NCBI GenBank assembly: GCA_002345205.1
Contig: DDVI01000089.1
Location: forward strand, 11,008-75,007
Length of the DNA stretch: 64,000 nucleotides
Source: Bdellovibrionaceae bacterium UBA2316
GTDB lineage: Bacteria; Bdellovibrionota; Bdellovibrionia; Bdellovibrionales; Bdellovibrionaceae
Direction: 5' to 3'
This document shows positions 36,142 to 44,151 of the stretch, piece after piece; position 1 is the first letter of the stretch; each line of letters starts with the position of its first letter. The notes under the pieces were generated by a model. The model was not told where the DNA came from, did no database searches, and was given only the letters and a program-made list of their open reading frames with translations. Both the position numbers and the translations under genes were made by a program.

Positions 36142-37108
36142 GCGAAGAAGCCGAAACGGTTTCACCATAGTTGAAGTTTTAGTCACCGTGGCACTACTGG
36201 GCTTGTTTGTGTCCGCGCTAAACTTTTTTACGCTATCGACTTTCGCTAGCATCAAGATGATGCGCATTGAAAGTTTTGTACGCCTATTTAACGTCAACAT
36301 AGATCAGCTACTTAATTCAAGAGCCGCGTGTATAAACACGTTTGGACCGATGAGTCCCCTTACTAACGGTGCAAATATTACCGCCCTTCGCAATGCCGCA
36401 AACGTCACTGTTTTAACTAATGCGACGGCTGGACTAAATAATAATACTGTCGATATCGTGGGTGCGACGATTGAAAATGTCCAAAATGTATTCCCTAACA
36501 CTCGTTTTAACATCCAAATTACCTACCAATACAATACGTTCTCGCCCGCGCAGCAAATGGTAAAAACGATACCAATGGTAGGTACTATCGATGGCGGCGG
36601 CGGTTTGACTTCATGTGAATCCGCCCGGGGTTTTACTCCGAATGATTTATTCATTCGCTCTGATATCGATGACACGAAAATTGGTGCTTTCACAATCAAC
36701 GGAAATCTAACATTTAATTTTGGGGGGTTTGGTGGTGAAGCACTCAACAAACTCGTAGTAGTCCCGCAAGCGGCGGCACCGGGACCGAACGGAGTGTTCA
36801 TTCCCTCCGATAGAAGCTTAAAAAAAGATATTGTTCCTATCGATATTGGTAAATCAGATTTCAACCAACTTCACTCCTATCGTTACAAGTACAAAGGCAG
36901 TGAGCACTACTCTGTTGGTTTCCTTTCCCAAGAAGTCCAAACCTTTTCTCCCGAGTCCGTGAATGCTCCCAAAAATCAGTATATGGCCGTTAACTACGAT
37001 GCCGTATTACCGTATATATGGGAGTACCATAAACAGGTCTACCATAAAAATATCGAACTATCTAATCGCTTAAAGGCTTTAGAAGCCAAATTTGATAATA
37101 TTAAATAA
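36113..37108 (+). CDS. Type IV prepilin-type N-terminus + pilin-like head + C-terminal peptidase S74-like intramolecular chaperone domain
   Basis: It has NG/FTIVEVLVTVALLGLF. Cys residues occur in RAACINTF and LTSCESA. The C-terminus reads ...GVFIP/SDRSLKKDIVPI...SYRYKYK...GFLSQEVQTFSPESV...VNYDAVLPYIWEYHKQV followed by a coiled coil. Confidence 0.85.
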   Translation: MGDTGLKLNKRRSRNGFTIVEVLVTVALLGLFVSALNFFTLSTFASIKMMRIESFVRLFNVNIDQLLNSRAACINTFGPMSPLTNGANITALRNAANVTVLTNATAGLNNNTVDIVGATIENVQNVFPNTRFNIQITYQYNTFSPAQQMVKTIPMVGTIDGGGGLTSCESARGFTPNDLFIRSDIDDTKIGAFTINGNLTFNFGGFGGEALNKLVVVPQAAAPGPNGVFIPSDRSLKKDIVPIDIGKSDFNQLHSYRYKYKGSEHYSVGFLSQEVQTFSPESVNAPKNQYMAVNYDAVLPYIWEYHKQVYHKNIELSNRLKALEAKFDNIK

Positions 37109-37188
37109 ATATCATATCAATTTGATACGCTTTAAAATTTATTTTTCCTTTGCCTCAGGGAAGCCGATACAATTTAAGTGAGGGATCA

Positions 37189-37632
37189 ATGAAATTACTA
37201 TTATTTTTTTCTCTGAGCTTATTTTTGATTTCCTGCCAAACTAATATGGCAAAGCAATTCGAAAGAATTGCTCCAGGCACGGATAAAGACGCCGTGTTGG
37301 ATCGTTTAGGTTCCCCAAGAAATATTACACGTATGAATGGTGAAGACCGCTGGTACTACATGTACTATCAAGATGAAATTCGTCAGCAAAAAGAAATTCA
37401 TTTTCGTGATGGCTTAGTAGTGTATGTGGGTGAACGCAAAAAGCCAACACCTGAAATTGATCCGATCGCAATTGACTCCAAGAACGCCGCCGTAAACAAA
37501 CAAATGGACGATGAAGCTGATCGAAAAAAAGAAGAATCTAAGAATGCATACACAAACTATATAAAGTATCAAAAGAAACTAAAGAAAGAAGACGAAGTTC
37601 AATATCTTCCTGACTTCGAACCTATTGAGTAG
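37189..37632 (+). CDS. BamE/SmpA-OmlA-like outer-membrane lipoprotein with a Lys/Glu-rich tail
   Basis: It has a signal peptide with lipobox LISC and then ...GTDKDAVLDRLGSPRNITRMNGEDRWYYMY, which is typical of SmpA/OmlA. A GAGGGA Shine-Dalgarno precedes ATG 37189; the track has TTG 37150. Confidence 0.6.
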   Translation: MKLLLFFSLSLFLISCQTNMAKQFERIAPGTDKDAVLDRLGSPRNITRMNGEDRWYYMYYQDEIRQQKEIHFRDGLVVYVGERKKPTPEIDPIAIDSKNAAVNKQMDDEADRKKEESKNAYTNYIKYQKKLKKEDEVQYLPDFEPIE

Positions 37633-37633
37633 C

Positions 37634-38227
37634 TTATTTTTTCAAAATTTTAGGTTGCGCCAAGTTGTTGTTATCTAAGCTTGGTTTCTTGGCGGCGTCC
37701 ACCTCTGCCTTTTTCTCGTCTTTAACCCCGTAATGAGTTTTCACCTTAGAAACCGTTCTTTTAATTTGGCCTTCAATTGTTTGCGAGTCTTCGTATTCGT
37801 CAATCGTCTTAAGATCCATCTTTTGGTATTTACGTTTTTCAGTAATACCGACATCGGGATAACGATACTTTAATAATTGTGCGCTTTGATTATAGTCCTC
37901 TAAAAGTTTCGTAAGCTCTTTATGTTCGCGCAACAATTCACCCACTAGGGCTTCAGCTTCTGCCTTAGTTTTCGCACTATTTTTGTGATGAATGATCTCT
38001 TTAATTGTATCTTCTTTAGATTTAATTTTCGCTTTAAGTGTACTCAGAGACGAAACAACATCCATCCATTCTTTTGTCCGCTCTTGCTGTTGACGTTCTT
38101 CAATCGGAACCTTCTCTGGAGTTGCTGCAGGAGCACTGCCTTGCTCACCACCACCACCTTCGTTCGCTAACGCGGCGAAACTGAATGCAAAAAAAACTAT
38201 CAAAATAATCTTACTGAGTAGAAACAT
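37634..38227 (-). CDS. Secreted coiled-coil protein, unknown function
   Basis: It has a signal peptide (…SFAALANE) and charged heptad-like sequence. It overlaps the upstream gene by 17 nt and lies downstream of secA on the same strand. Confidence 0.55.
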   Translation of the reverse strand: MFLLSKIILIVFFAFSFAALANEGGGGEQGSAPAATPEKVPIEERQQQERTKEWMDVVSSLSTLKAKIKSKEDTIKEIIHHKNSAKTKAEAEALVGELLREHKELTKLLEDYNQSAQLLKYRYPDVGITEKRKYQKMDLKTIDEYEDSQTIEGQIKRTVSKVKTHYGVKDEKKAEVDAAKKPSLDNNNLAQPKILKK

Positions 38228-38918
38228 GATGCCTCCAATTCAAACTCAATCCAATCGGAGTGATTCGCTTAACCAGAACGATAATTTTAGGCGCCGATAC
38301 GTTGGTTAAAGTTAACTTACCATCTTTGATACTTTCTGTAACCTCATCTAGGTTCCAACCAAATCGTTTGTCGTCTAAAGCTTCGATCAGATCCCGTTTC
38401 GTTTCCCCTAAATCAATTCCCGAAATTTCAATATCAAAAGATAAAATGCCCGCTTCAGAAATTCCATTTCCAAAATTTTGAACATCATCCGTAAAATCTT
38501 TAAATGCATTGGATACTGGGCGTTCTGGCGGAATTTCAACGATGGGCTCAGCACTCGGCTGAGATGGCTCGTACTGCTGTTCCGGTTGTTCATATGAAGG
38601 CGTTTGAATATTAAACAAATCAGACATCGGTTGATTCTGATTTCCTTGATCATCCGGTGCTCCGAGCATATCTGAAAGCGACACGGCCGGAGCATTGTCT
38701 GGCGGAGTCACATTTAGATCCAACGAGTTTGTCGATGAGACCAATGGTTCTGCGGGTTCTTCCACCACCAGATCTGACGGCAGTGGTTCTTTAGAATTCT
38801 CTGGAGCACCGTCAAAACCAATAAAGAATTCAGTCTTGCAGTGCTCACAGCGATAGAGCGTCCCGAAATGATCTTCGGTCACAGCGATAGGTTTTGAACA
38901 ATTCGGACATTGAGCCAT
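38211..38918 (-). CDS. Zinc-ribbon (MJ0042-type CxxC...CxxC) domain protein with a Pro/Glu/Gln-rich linker
   Basis: The N-terminus is MAQCPNCSKPIAVTEDHFGTLYRCEHCKTEFFIG. It is followed by a low-complexity linker and a C-terminal globular domain. Confidence 0.6.
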   Translation of the reverse strand: MAQCPNCSKPIAVTEDHFGTLYRCEHCKTEFFIGFDGAPENSKEPLPSDLVVEEPAEPLVSSTNSLDLNVTPPDNAPAVSLSDMLGAPDDQGNQNQPMSDLFNIQTPSYEQPEQQYEPSQPSAEPIVEIPPERPVSNAFKDFTDDVQNFGNGISEAGILSFDIEISGIDLGETKRDLIEALDDKRFGWNLDEVTESIKDGKLTLTNVSAPKIIVLVKRITPIGLSLNWRHHVSTQ

Positions 38919-38926
38919 TAGCTCAA

Positions 38927-41587
38927 TTATCTTCTTTTATTATCCTTTTGTAAACGGCGACGCTGTTCACGGTTCATTTTACCGTCATCAGCTGGGCCAC
39001 TACTATAGCTCATTTTGTTCCTAGGCTTAGTTTCTGGAGCTTCTAAACCACGACCAATGTCTTGCTCTTGCGGTGCTTGATAATTTAGTTCACTTAAATC
39101 TTGTTCTTCTGGCATGAAAGACTCAAGAGCCTCTTGAGCCTGCTGAGCAACAATTTTCACTTTCATCAATTTTTCGGCTACTTCCTGACGAATGGATGTA
39201 TTCAATTGTTCAAATGCCATGAAGGCTTCTTTTTTGTATTCAATCAAAGGATCTTTCTGAGCATAGCTGCGTAACCCGATACCTTCTTTTAATTTATCAA
39301 TAACAAGTAAGTGCTCTTTCCATTTTGAATCGATACTTTGAAGCAAAATCATTTTCTGAACTTGATCAAAGTAAGGGCCCATATCTGTTTTCTGAGCTTC
39401 GTAAACATGTTTAATGGCAGCTTTGATCGCGTCGATAATACTATCGGCCGTTCCCGCATAAATCGTTGGATCTAAGCGGATACCAAAAACTTGCGACATT
39501 GAAACGGTTAAACCTTCAATATTCCATTGGTCACGTGGTGCACCTTCCGGCAAGTTCATGTCGATAATATTTGAAGTCACTTCACCCAGCATTTCCAAAA
39601 TAGTCGCGCTGATTTCGTTCCCTTCAAGGACATTACGTCTCATTTGGTAGATGGCATTTCTTTGGATATTCATTACGTTGTCGTAATCGAAAAGATTCTT
39701 ACGAACATCAAAGTGATGTCCTTCAACTTTTCTTTGAGCACCTTCGATTTGTGACGTCACCATTTTAGCTTCAATGGGTTCATTTTCATCGATCTTTAAG
39801 AACGTCATGGCTTTTTGAATTTTTTCACCATTGAAAATTCTTAGTAAATTATCTTCTAAAGATAAATAGAAGCGTGATTCACCGGGATCACCTTGACGAC
39901 CCGAACGGCCTCGCAACTGATTATCAATACGACGCGATTCATGGCGTTCCGTACCTATGATGTATAAACCACCGGCCGAAATAACTTCCTTTTTTTCAGC
40001 ATCACATTGTTCTTTGAATTTCTTTAACGCCGCTTCGAACTCGGGTCCTTCTTCAGCATTTACTTCACGACGTGCTAAACCTTCCGCATTACCACCCAAA
40101 ACGATATCCGTTCCACGACCCGCCATATTGGTGGCGATAGTCACTGAGCCCTTACGGCCGGCTTGGGCTACGATTTCTGCCTCTCTCTCGTGATGTTTAG
40201 CATTTAGGACCTGGTGGCGAATGCCTTCTTTTTTCAAGAACTGGCTCAATAATTCAGAGCGCTCGATACTGATTGTACCCACTAGAATCGGCTGACCATT
40301 ATGCTGACGAGATTTGATGTCTTGAACGATCGCATTGAATTTTGCGCGCTCTGTTTTATAGATCACGTCGTTTTTATCTACGCGGGCAATCGGTCTATGA
40401 GTTGGGATAACAGAAACCTCAAGATCGTAGATTTTTTTGAATTCCACGGCTTCCGTATCCGCCGTGCCTGTCATACCTGCTAATTTAGAGTACATTTTAA
40501 AATAATTCTGGAACGTAATTGAAGCTAGCGTTTGATTTTCATTTTTGATTTCAACGCCTTCTTTTGCTTCGATCGCTTGATGGATACCATCGCTCCATCG
40601 ACGACCTGGCATTAAACGGCCGGTGAACTCATCAACGATAACGATTTCACCATTTTGAATCATGTATTCAACATCTAAGCGGTACATGTGGTGAGCTTTT
40701 AATGCTTGAATTACGTGATGAAGAATTTCAATGTTTTCAGCATCGTATAAGTTACCAAGGCCCAATAGCTCTTCAACTTTTTTATTACCTTCATCCGTTA
40801 GCGAAACCGACTTTGATTTTTCTTCTGTTGTGAAGTGTTCTTTTTCTTTTAAGTGAGGAATAATTTTATTAATAATTACGTACTTGTCCGTAGACGCTTC
40901 CGCAGGACCAGAAATAATCAGCGGCGTGCGGGCTTCATCGACTAAGATGGAATCGCACTCATCTACAATTGCAAAATTATGACCCTTTTGGACGTAGTCA
41001 TTTAAATCAAATTTCATATTGTCGCGAAGATAATCGAACCCTAACTCATTATTAGTCGCATACGTAATATCACTAGCGTAAGATTGCTTTCTTTCTTCAT
41101 CCGTTAAGCCATGAACGATAATACCTGTAGTTAAACCTAACCAGCCATATAGACGACCCATCCATTCCGCGTCCCGTTTTACAAGGTAGTCATTCACCGA
41201 AACTACATGCACCCCTTTACCGCTAAGTGCATTTAAATAAACAGGAAGTGTCGCAACTAATGTTTTACCTTCACCCGTTCTCATCTCTGAAATACGGCCT
41301 TTGTGAAGTGAGTAACCACCGATCAACTGAACATCGTAGTGGCGCATACCTAAACAACGTAAAGAAGCTTCACGACAAACTGCAAACGCTTCTGGCAAAA
41401 TATCATCTAAGGTTTCACCCTTCGCTAGGCGTTCTTTAAACTCAGGCGTCTTCGCTTTCAGCTGATCATCCGTCAGAGCTTTCAACTTAGGTTCCCATGA
41501 ATTGATTTTATCAACGATGGGCTGGATAGTTTTCATTTCGCGATCGTGTTTGGTACCAAAAATGGATTTTAATAAGTTTGCAATCAT
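38927..41587 (-). CDS. secA: Preprotein translocase ATPase SecA
   Basis: 886 aa with Walker [13 protein letters not shown]-like [20 protein letters not shown] and [10 protein letters not shown], colinear with SecA throughout. Confidence 0.97.
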   Translation of the reverse strand: MIANLLKSIFGTKHDREMKTIQPIVDKINSWEPKLKALTDDQLKAKTPEFKERLAKGETLDDILPEAFAVCREASLRCLGMRHYDVQLIGGYSLHKGRISEMRTGEGKTLVATLPVYLNALSGKGVHVVSVNDYLVKRDAEWMGRLYGWLGLTTGIIVHGLTDEERKQSYASDITYATNNELGFDYLRDNMKFDLNDYVQKGHNFAIVDECDSILVDEARTPLIISGPAEASTDKYVIINKIIPHLKEKEHFTTEEKSKSVSLTDEGNKKVEELLGLGNLYDAENIEILHHVIQALKAHHMYRLDVEYMIQNGEIVIVDEFTGRLMPGRRWSDGIHQAIEAKEGVEIKNENQTLASITFQNYFKMYSKLAGMTGTADTEAVEFKKIYDLEVSVIPTHRPIARVDKNDVIYKTERAKFNAIVQDIKSRQHNGQPILVGTISIERSELLSQFLKKEGIRHQVLNAKHHEREAEIVAQAGRKGSVTIATNMAGRGTDIVLGGNAEGLARREVNAEEGPEFEAALKKFKEQCDAEKKEVISAGGLYIIGTERHESRRIDNQLRGRSGRQGDPGESRFYLSLEDNLLRIFNGEKIQKAMTFLKIDENEPIEAKMVTSQIEGAQRKVEGHHFDVRKNLFDYDNVMNIQRNAIYQMRRNVLEGNEISATILEMLGEVTSNIIDMNLPEGAPRDQWNIEGLTVSMSQVFGIRLDPTIYAGTADSIIDAIKAAIKHVYEAQKTDMGPYFDQVQKMILLQSIDSKWKEHLLVIDKLKEGIGLRSYAQKDPLIEYKKEAFMAFEQLNTSIRQEVAEKLMKVKIVAQQAQEALESFMPEEQDLSELNYQAPQEQDIGRGLEAPETKPRNKMSYSSGPADDGKMNREQRRRLQKDNKRR

Positions 41588-41635
41588 GTGGACTAGGATA
41601 GACTCCTAAAGTGAAAACAGCAACTTAGAACTGGT

Positions 41636-42016
41636 TTACGTCTTAGAGTATCTAATTTGACGAAGGGCCTCATAGACTGAAACCGCTACGGCTGTGGCCA
41701 TATTTAGACTTCTGACTAGCCCCGGAGTTGGAATGAAAACACTTGTCTCTTCGTTATCACGGATTAGCTCGGGACTGAGTCCTTTGGACTCTTTGCCAAA
41801 CACTAAAAAATCACCCTCTTTAAACTGAAAATCATAGATTGAATGTTTTGCGTGCGCAGAGAAATACACCTTACGACCCGCGGGTAATTCTTGGATAGAA
41901 TCCAGTGTCGACCACTGCAAATGTTGCCAGTAATCTAAACCCGCGCGTTTAAGCTTAGCATCGGTGATTTCAAACCCCATGGGTTTGATTAAAGTTAATG
42001 AGGTTTCCGTGGCCAC
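41636..42016 (-). CDS. trmL: tRNA (cytidine/uridine-2'-O)-methyltransferase TrmL (SpoU/TrmH family); the true start is probably upstream of the track start
   Basis: The C-terminal SPOUT knot motifs are present (LVFGKESKGL..., SLNMATAVAVSVYEALRQ). The conserved N-terminal motif LHIVLVEPEIPNNTGNVGRTC is encoded in frame at 42017..42079, but no ATG, GTG or TTG lies upstream of it (see findings). Confidence 0.8.
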   Translation of the reverse strand: MATETSLTLIKPMGFEITDAKLKRAGLDYWQHLQWSTLDSIQELPAGRKVYFSAHAKHSIYDFQFKEGDFLVFGKESKGLSPELIRDNEETSVFIPTPGLVRSLNMATAVAVSVYEALRQIRYSKT

Positions 42017-42086
42017 ACATGTGCGGCCTACATTGCCGGTATTATTAGGTATTTCCGGTTCGACAAGAACAATATGAAGACGAGGA

Positions 42087-42680
42087 TTATAAGTAACGGT
42101 ATACTTCCTGACCCAGTTTGGTAAGGGCGATTCGACGACCTTTATCTATAACAAGCTCTAGATTCATTAGTTCGCGGTAAAGGGCCAAATCAAGAGGCAC
42201 TGTATCACGACCGGAACTTTTGCCTAATTTTTGGATATAATTCCTTTGTCTTTCGTTTAATTTTTTTGGAATCGGTGGTTTTTCCGTTAGCGCTTTTTGC
42301 CAGTCGCCATTTTCGATGTATTTAACGTCTGAATTTACTTTTTCTGGATTTAAAAAATAAACATAGGCTGTCGTCTCGCCACTCTCCGTCTTAACTGATA
42401 TCAATTCTTTATGAGTTAGACCCTGAGCTGGGTTTTGAGGAAAAAAGCCCATCATTTCATCAATAATATGTCCAGCCATATCTGATGAATTTAAGTGCAC
42501 CAAAGTACCTTGAACCATATCAGATCCCGCCTTTACAAGCACAGGAAAGCCTACTTTAGAACGATATACAGCAGCCTGGATACAGGCTGACTCTGCTGAA
42601 ACAATAAGATTCTGAACTCTACTTAAGAAGAAATCCCCATCTGCCAAAGAAGTGCACAGAAATATAGAATTTGTCGACAT
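42087..42680 (-). CDS. Hypothetical protein, possibly gamma-glutamylcyclotransferase/AIG2-like N-domain with a C-terminal helical domain
   Basis: It weakly resembles the AIG2-like pattern (…VQGTLVHLNS…IDEMMGF…TAYVYFL). The family call is tentative. Confidence 0.4.
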   Translation of the reverse strand: MSTNSIFLCTSLADGDFFLSRVQNLIVSAESACIQAAVYRSKVGFPVLVKAGSDMVQGTLVHLNSSDMAGHIIDEMMGFFPQNPAQGLTHKELISVKTESGETTAYVYFLNPEKVNSDVKYIENGDWQKALTEKPPIPKKLNERQRNYIQKLGKSSGRDTVPLDLALYRELMNLELVIDKGRRIALTKLGQEVYRYL

Positions 42681-42842
42681 AATTCCCCTCCAATTAAGAC
42701 TCCAAATTGCGAAGGCTGGTAGATATCAAAGACGCATCAGATGCGCAAGCAACCAGAATTACCGTTTTGCGTTATGTGAAATATTTCTTAGTCTAAGACA
42801 AAAATTGTTTGTTATTACAATACTCAAACTACGAGGGTGAAA

Positions 42843-43238
42843 ATGAGTGAAGATACAATAGATTTCATGGGTTATATGTGGATCCAAAAAGAAGACGGCG
42901 TAGTAACCGTTGGTATTAATGAAGAAGGACTTCAGGACTTCGACGAAATCACATCTATTGAACTGCCTTCAGAAAATGACAAAGTAGAGGCCGACACCGT
43001 AATAGGCACGATCGAAACTGATGATGGTCCTCTTGATATTTACTCTCCAGTTAACGGCACTGTTTTAGAAGTTAATCCACAAGTTCTTGAATCGCCGTCA
43101 TTAATCCAAGACGACCCATTTGAAGAAGGCTGGTTAATCCGAATCGAATCGTCTGATGATTTAGACGAAGATGAAGACGACATTGATGAAGATGATGAGG
43201 ACGACGAAGACGAGGATTCCGAAGAGGACGAAGAATAG
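42843..43238 (+). CDS. Glycine-cleavage H (GcvH)-like protein lacking the lipoyl-lysine, with a poly-acidic C-terminal tail
   Basis: It aligns by eye with E. coli GcvH (…VTVGINEEGLQDFDEITSIELP…DIYSPVNGTVLEVN…PFEEGWLIRIE). ESVKAASDIY is replaced by ETDDGPLDIY. The tail is DDLDEDEDDIDEDDEDDEDEDSEEDEE. A GAGGG Shine-Dalgarno lies 5 nt before ATG 42843. Confidence 0.75.
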   Translation: MSEDTIDFMGYMWIQKEDGVVTVGINEEGLQDFDEITSIELPSENDKVEADTVIGTIETDDGPLDIYSPVNGTVLEVNPQVLESPSLIQDDPFEEGWLIRIESSDDLDEDEDDIDEDDEDDEDEDSEEDEE

Positions 43239-43248
43239 TTAGTCTTCC

Positions 43249-44151
43249 GTGCTACCTCGTTCCCCGGCGGCCCAAAATATTTTTCTATTTTCCTTATGTT
43301 CACTGATTTGGGGATCTACTTATTTTGTAATTACAATACAAATTAGCCAGGCATCCCCATTAGTTACCGTTTTCTGGCGTTTCGTTATTTCTACGCTGAT
43401 CATGTTCGCCTATTTAAAGTTCACTAAACAGAATTTAAAATATAGTCTTCAAACTCACCTATGGTTTTTCCTCCAGGGCGTTTTTAATTTCTCTATTAAC
43501 TACATGCTGACTTACAAGGCTGAAACATTTATTAAATCCGGAGTTTTAGCGATCGCCTTCACTACGATGGTTTATTTTAATATTTTATTCTCATGGGTAT
43601 TTTTCAAAAGAACTATCGCTTCAAAAGTTATTTTTGGATCGCTATTAGGTGGCCTCGGCATATTACTTATTTTTAAAGACGATCTATTTATTAGGTCTTC
43701 AAACAATGAAGTATTTGGAATGCTGCTCGGTCTTGGGGCGGCATTGTCGGCTTCAACTGGAAATATGGTATCTGCGCGGAATATTCAAAAAGGTGTAGGC
43801 ATAGCTACGGCCAATTCGTTTAGTATGTTGTACGGGACTCTGTTCACGGGCGTTGTTGTTTTAATTTCCGAAGTATCATTTAGAATTCCGTTCAACCTGT
43901 CGTTTATTTCAAGTTTACTTTACCTAAGTATTTTTGGAACTGTGATAGCTTTTGCTGCTTACAATACAATGATCAAAACAATGGGTGCCGAAAAAGCGGC
44001 ATACACCACAATTATTTCTCCTATTTTAGCTATCCTACTTTCTTATGCTTTTGAAGGCTTGCAGCTTCATTTAGCTATGGTATTTGGAATCCTGCTGTGT
44101 TTAGCAGGAAATGTTTTAGTTCTTTATAAACCGAAACTAAGGCCTAATTAA
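43249..44151 (+). CDS. EamA/DMT-superfamily transporter
   Basis: 300 aa with about 10 TM helices in two EamA-like halves (…LIWGSTYFVI…). Confidence 0.8.
   Translation: MLPRSPAAQNIFLFSLCSLIWGSTYFVITIQISQASPLVTVFWRFVISTLIMFAYLKFTKQNLKYSLQTHLWFFLQGVFNFSINYMLTYKAETFIKSGVLAIAFTTMVYFNILFSWVFFKRTIASKVIFGSLLGGLGILLIFKDDLFIRSSNNEVFGMLLGLGAALSASTGNMVSARNIQKGVGIATANSFSMLYGTLFTGVVVLISEVSFRIPFNLSFISSLLYLSIFGTVIAFAAYNTMIKTMGAEKAAYTTIISPILAILLSYAFEGLQLHLAMVFGILLCLAGNVLVLYKPKLRPN

Noticed and set aside
33440-37108. The peptidase S74-like tail-fibre chaperone domains could indicate a prophage or a phage tail-like particle.
   Set aside because: No capsid, terminase, portal, baseplate, sheath or integrase genes lie anywhere in the window. 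The same proteins also carry prepilin N-termini, which points to a cellular pilus-associated origin.
13000-37150. The accessory block considered as a mobile genetic island or ICE.
   Set aside because: I found no integrase, transposase, tRNA attachment site or flanking direct repeats. Only functional discontinuity and one truncated-looking gene suggest acquisition, so mobility is not supported.
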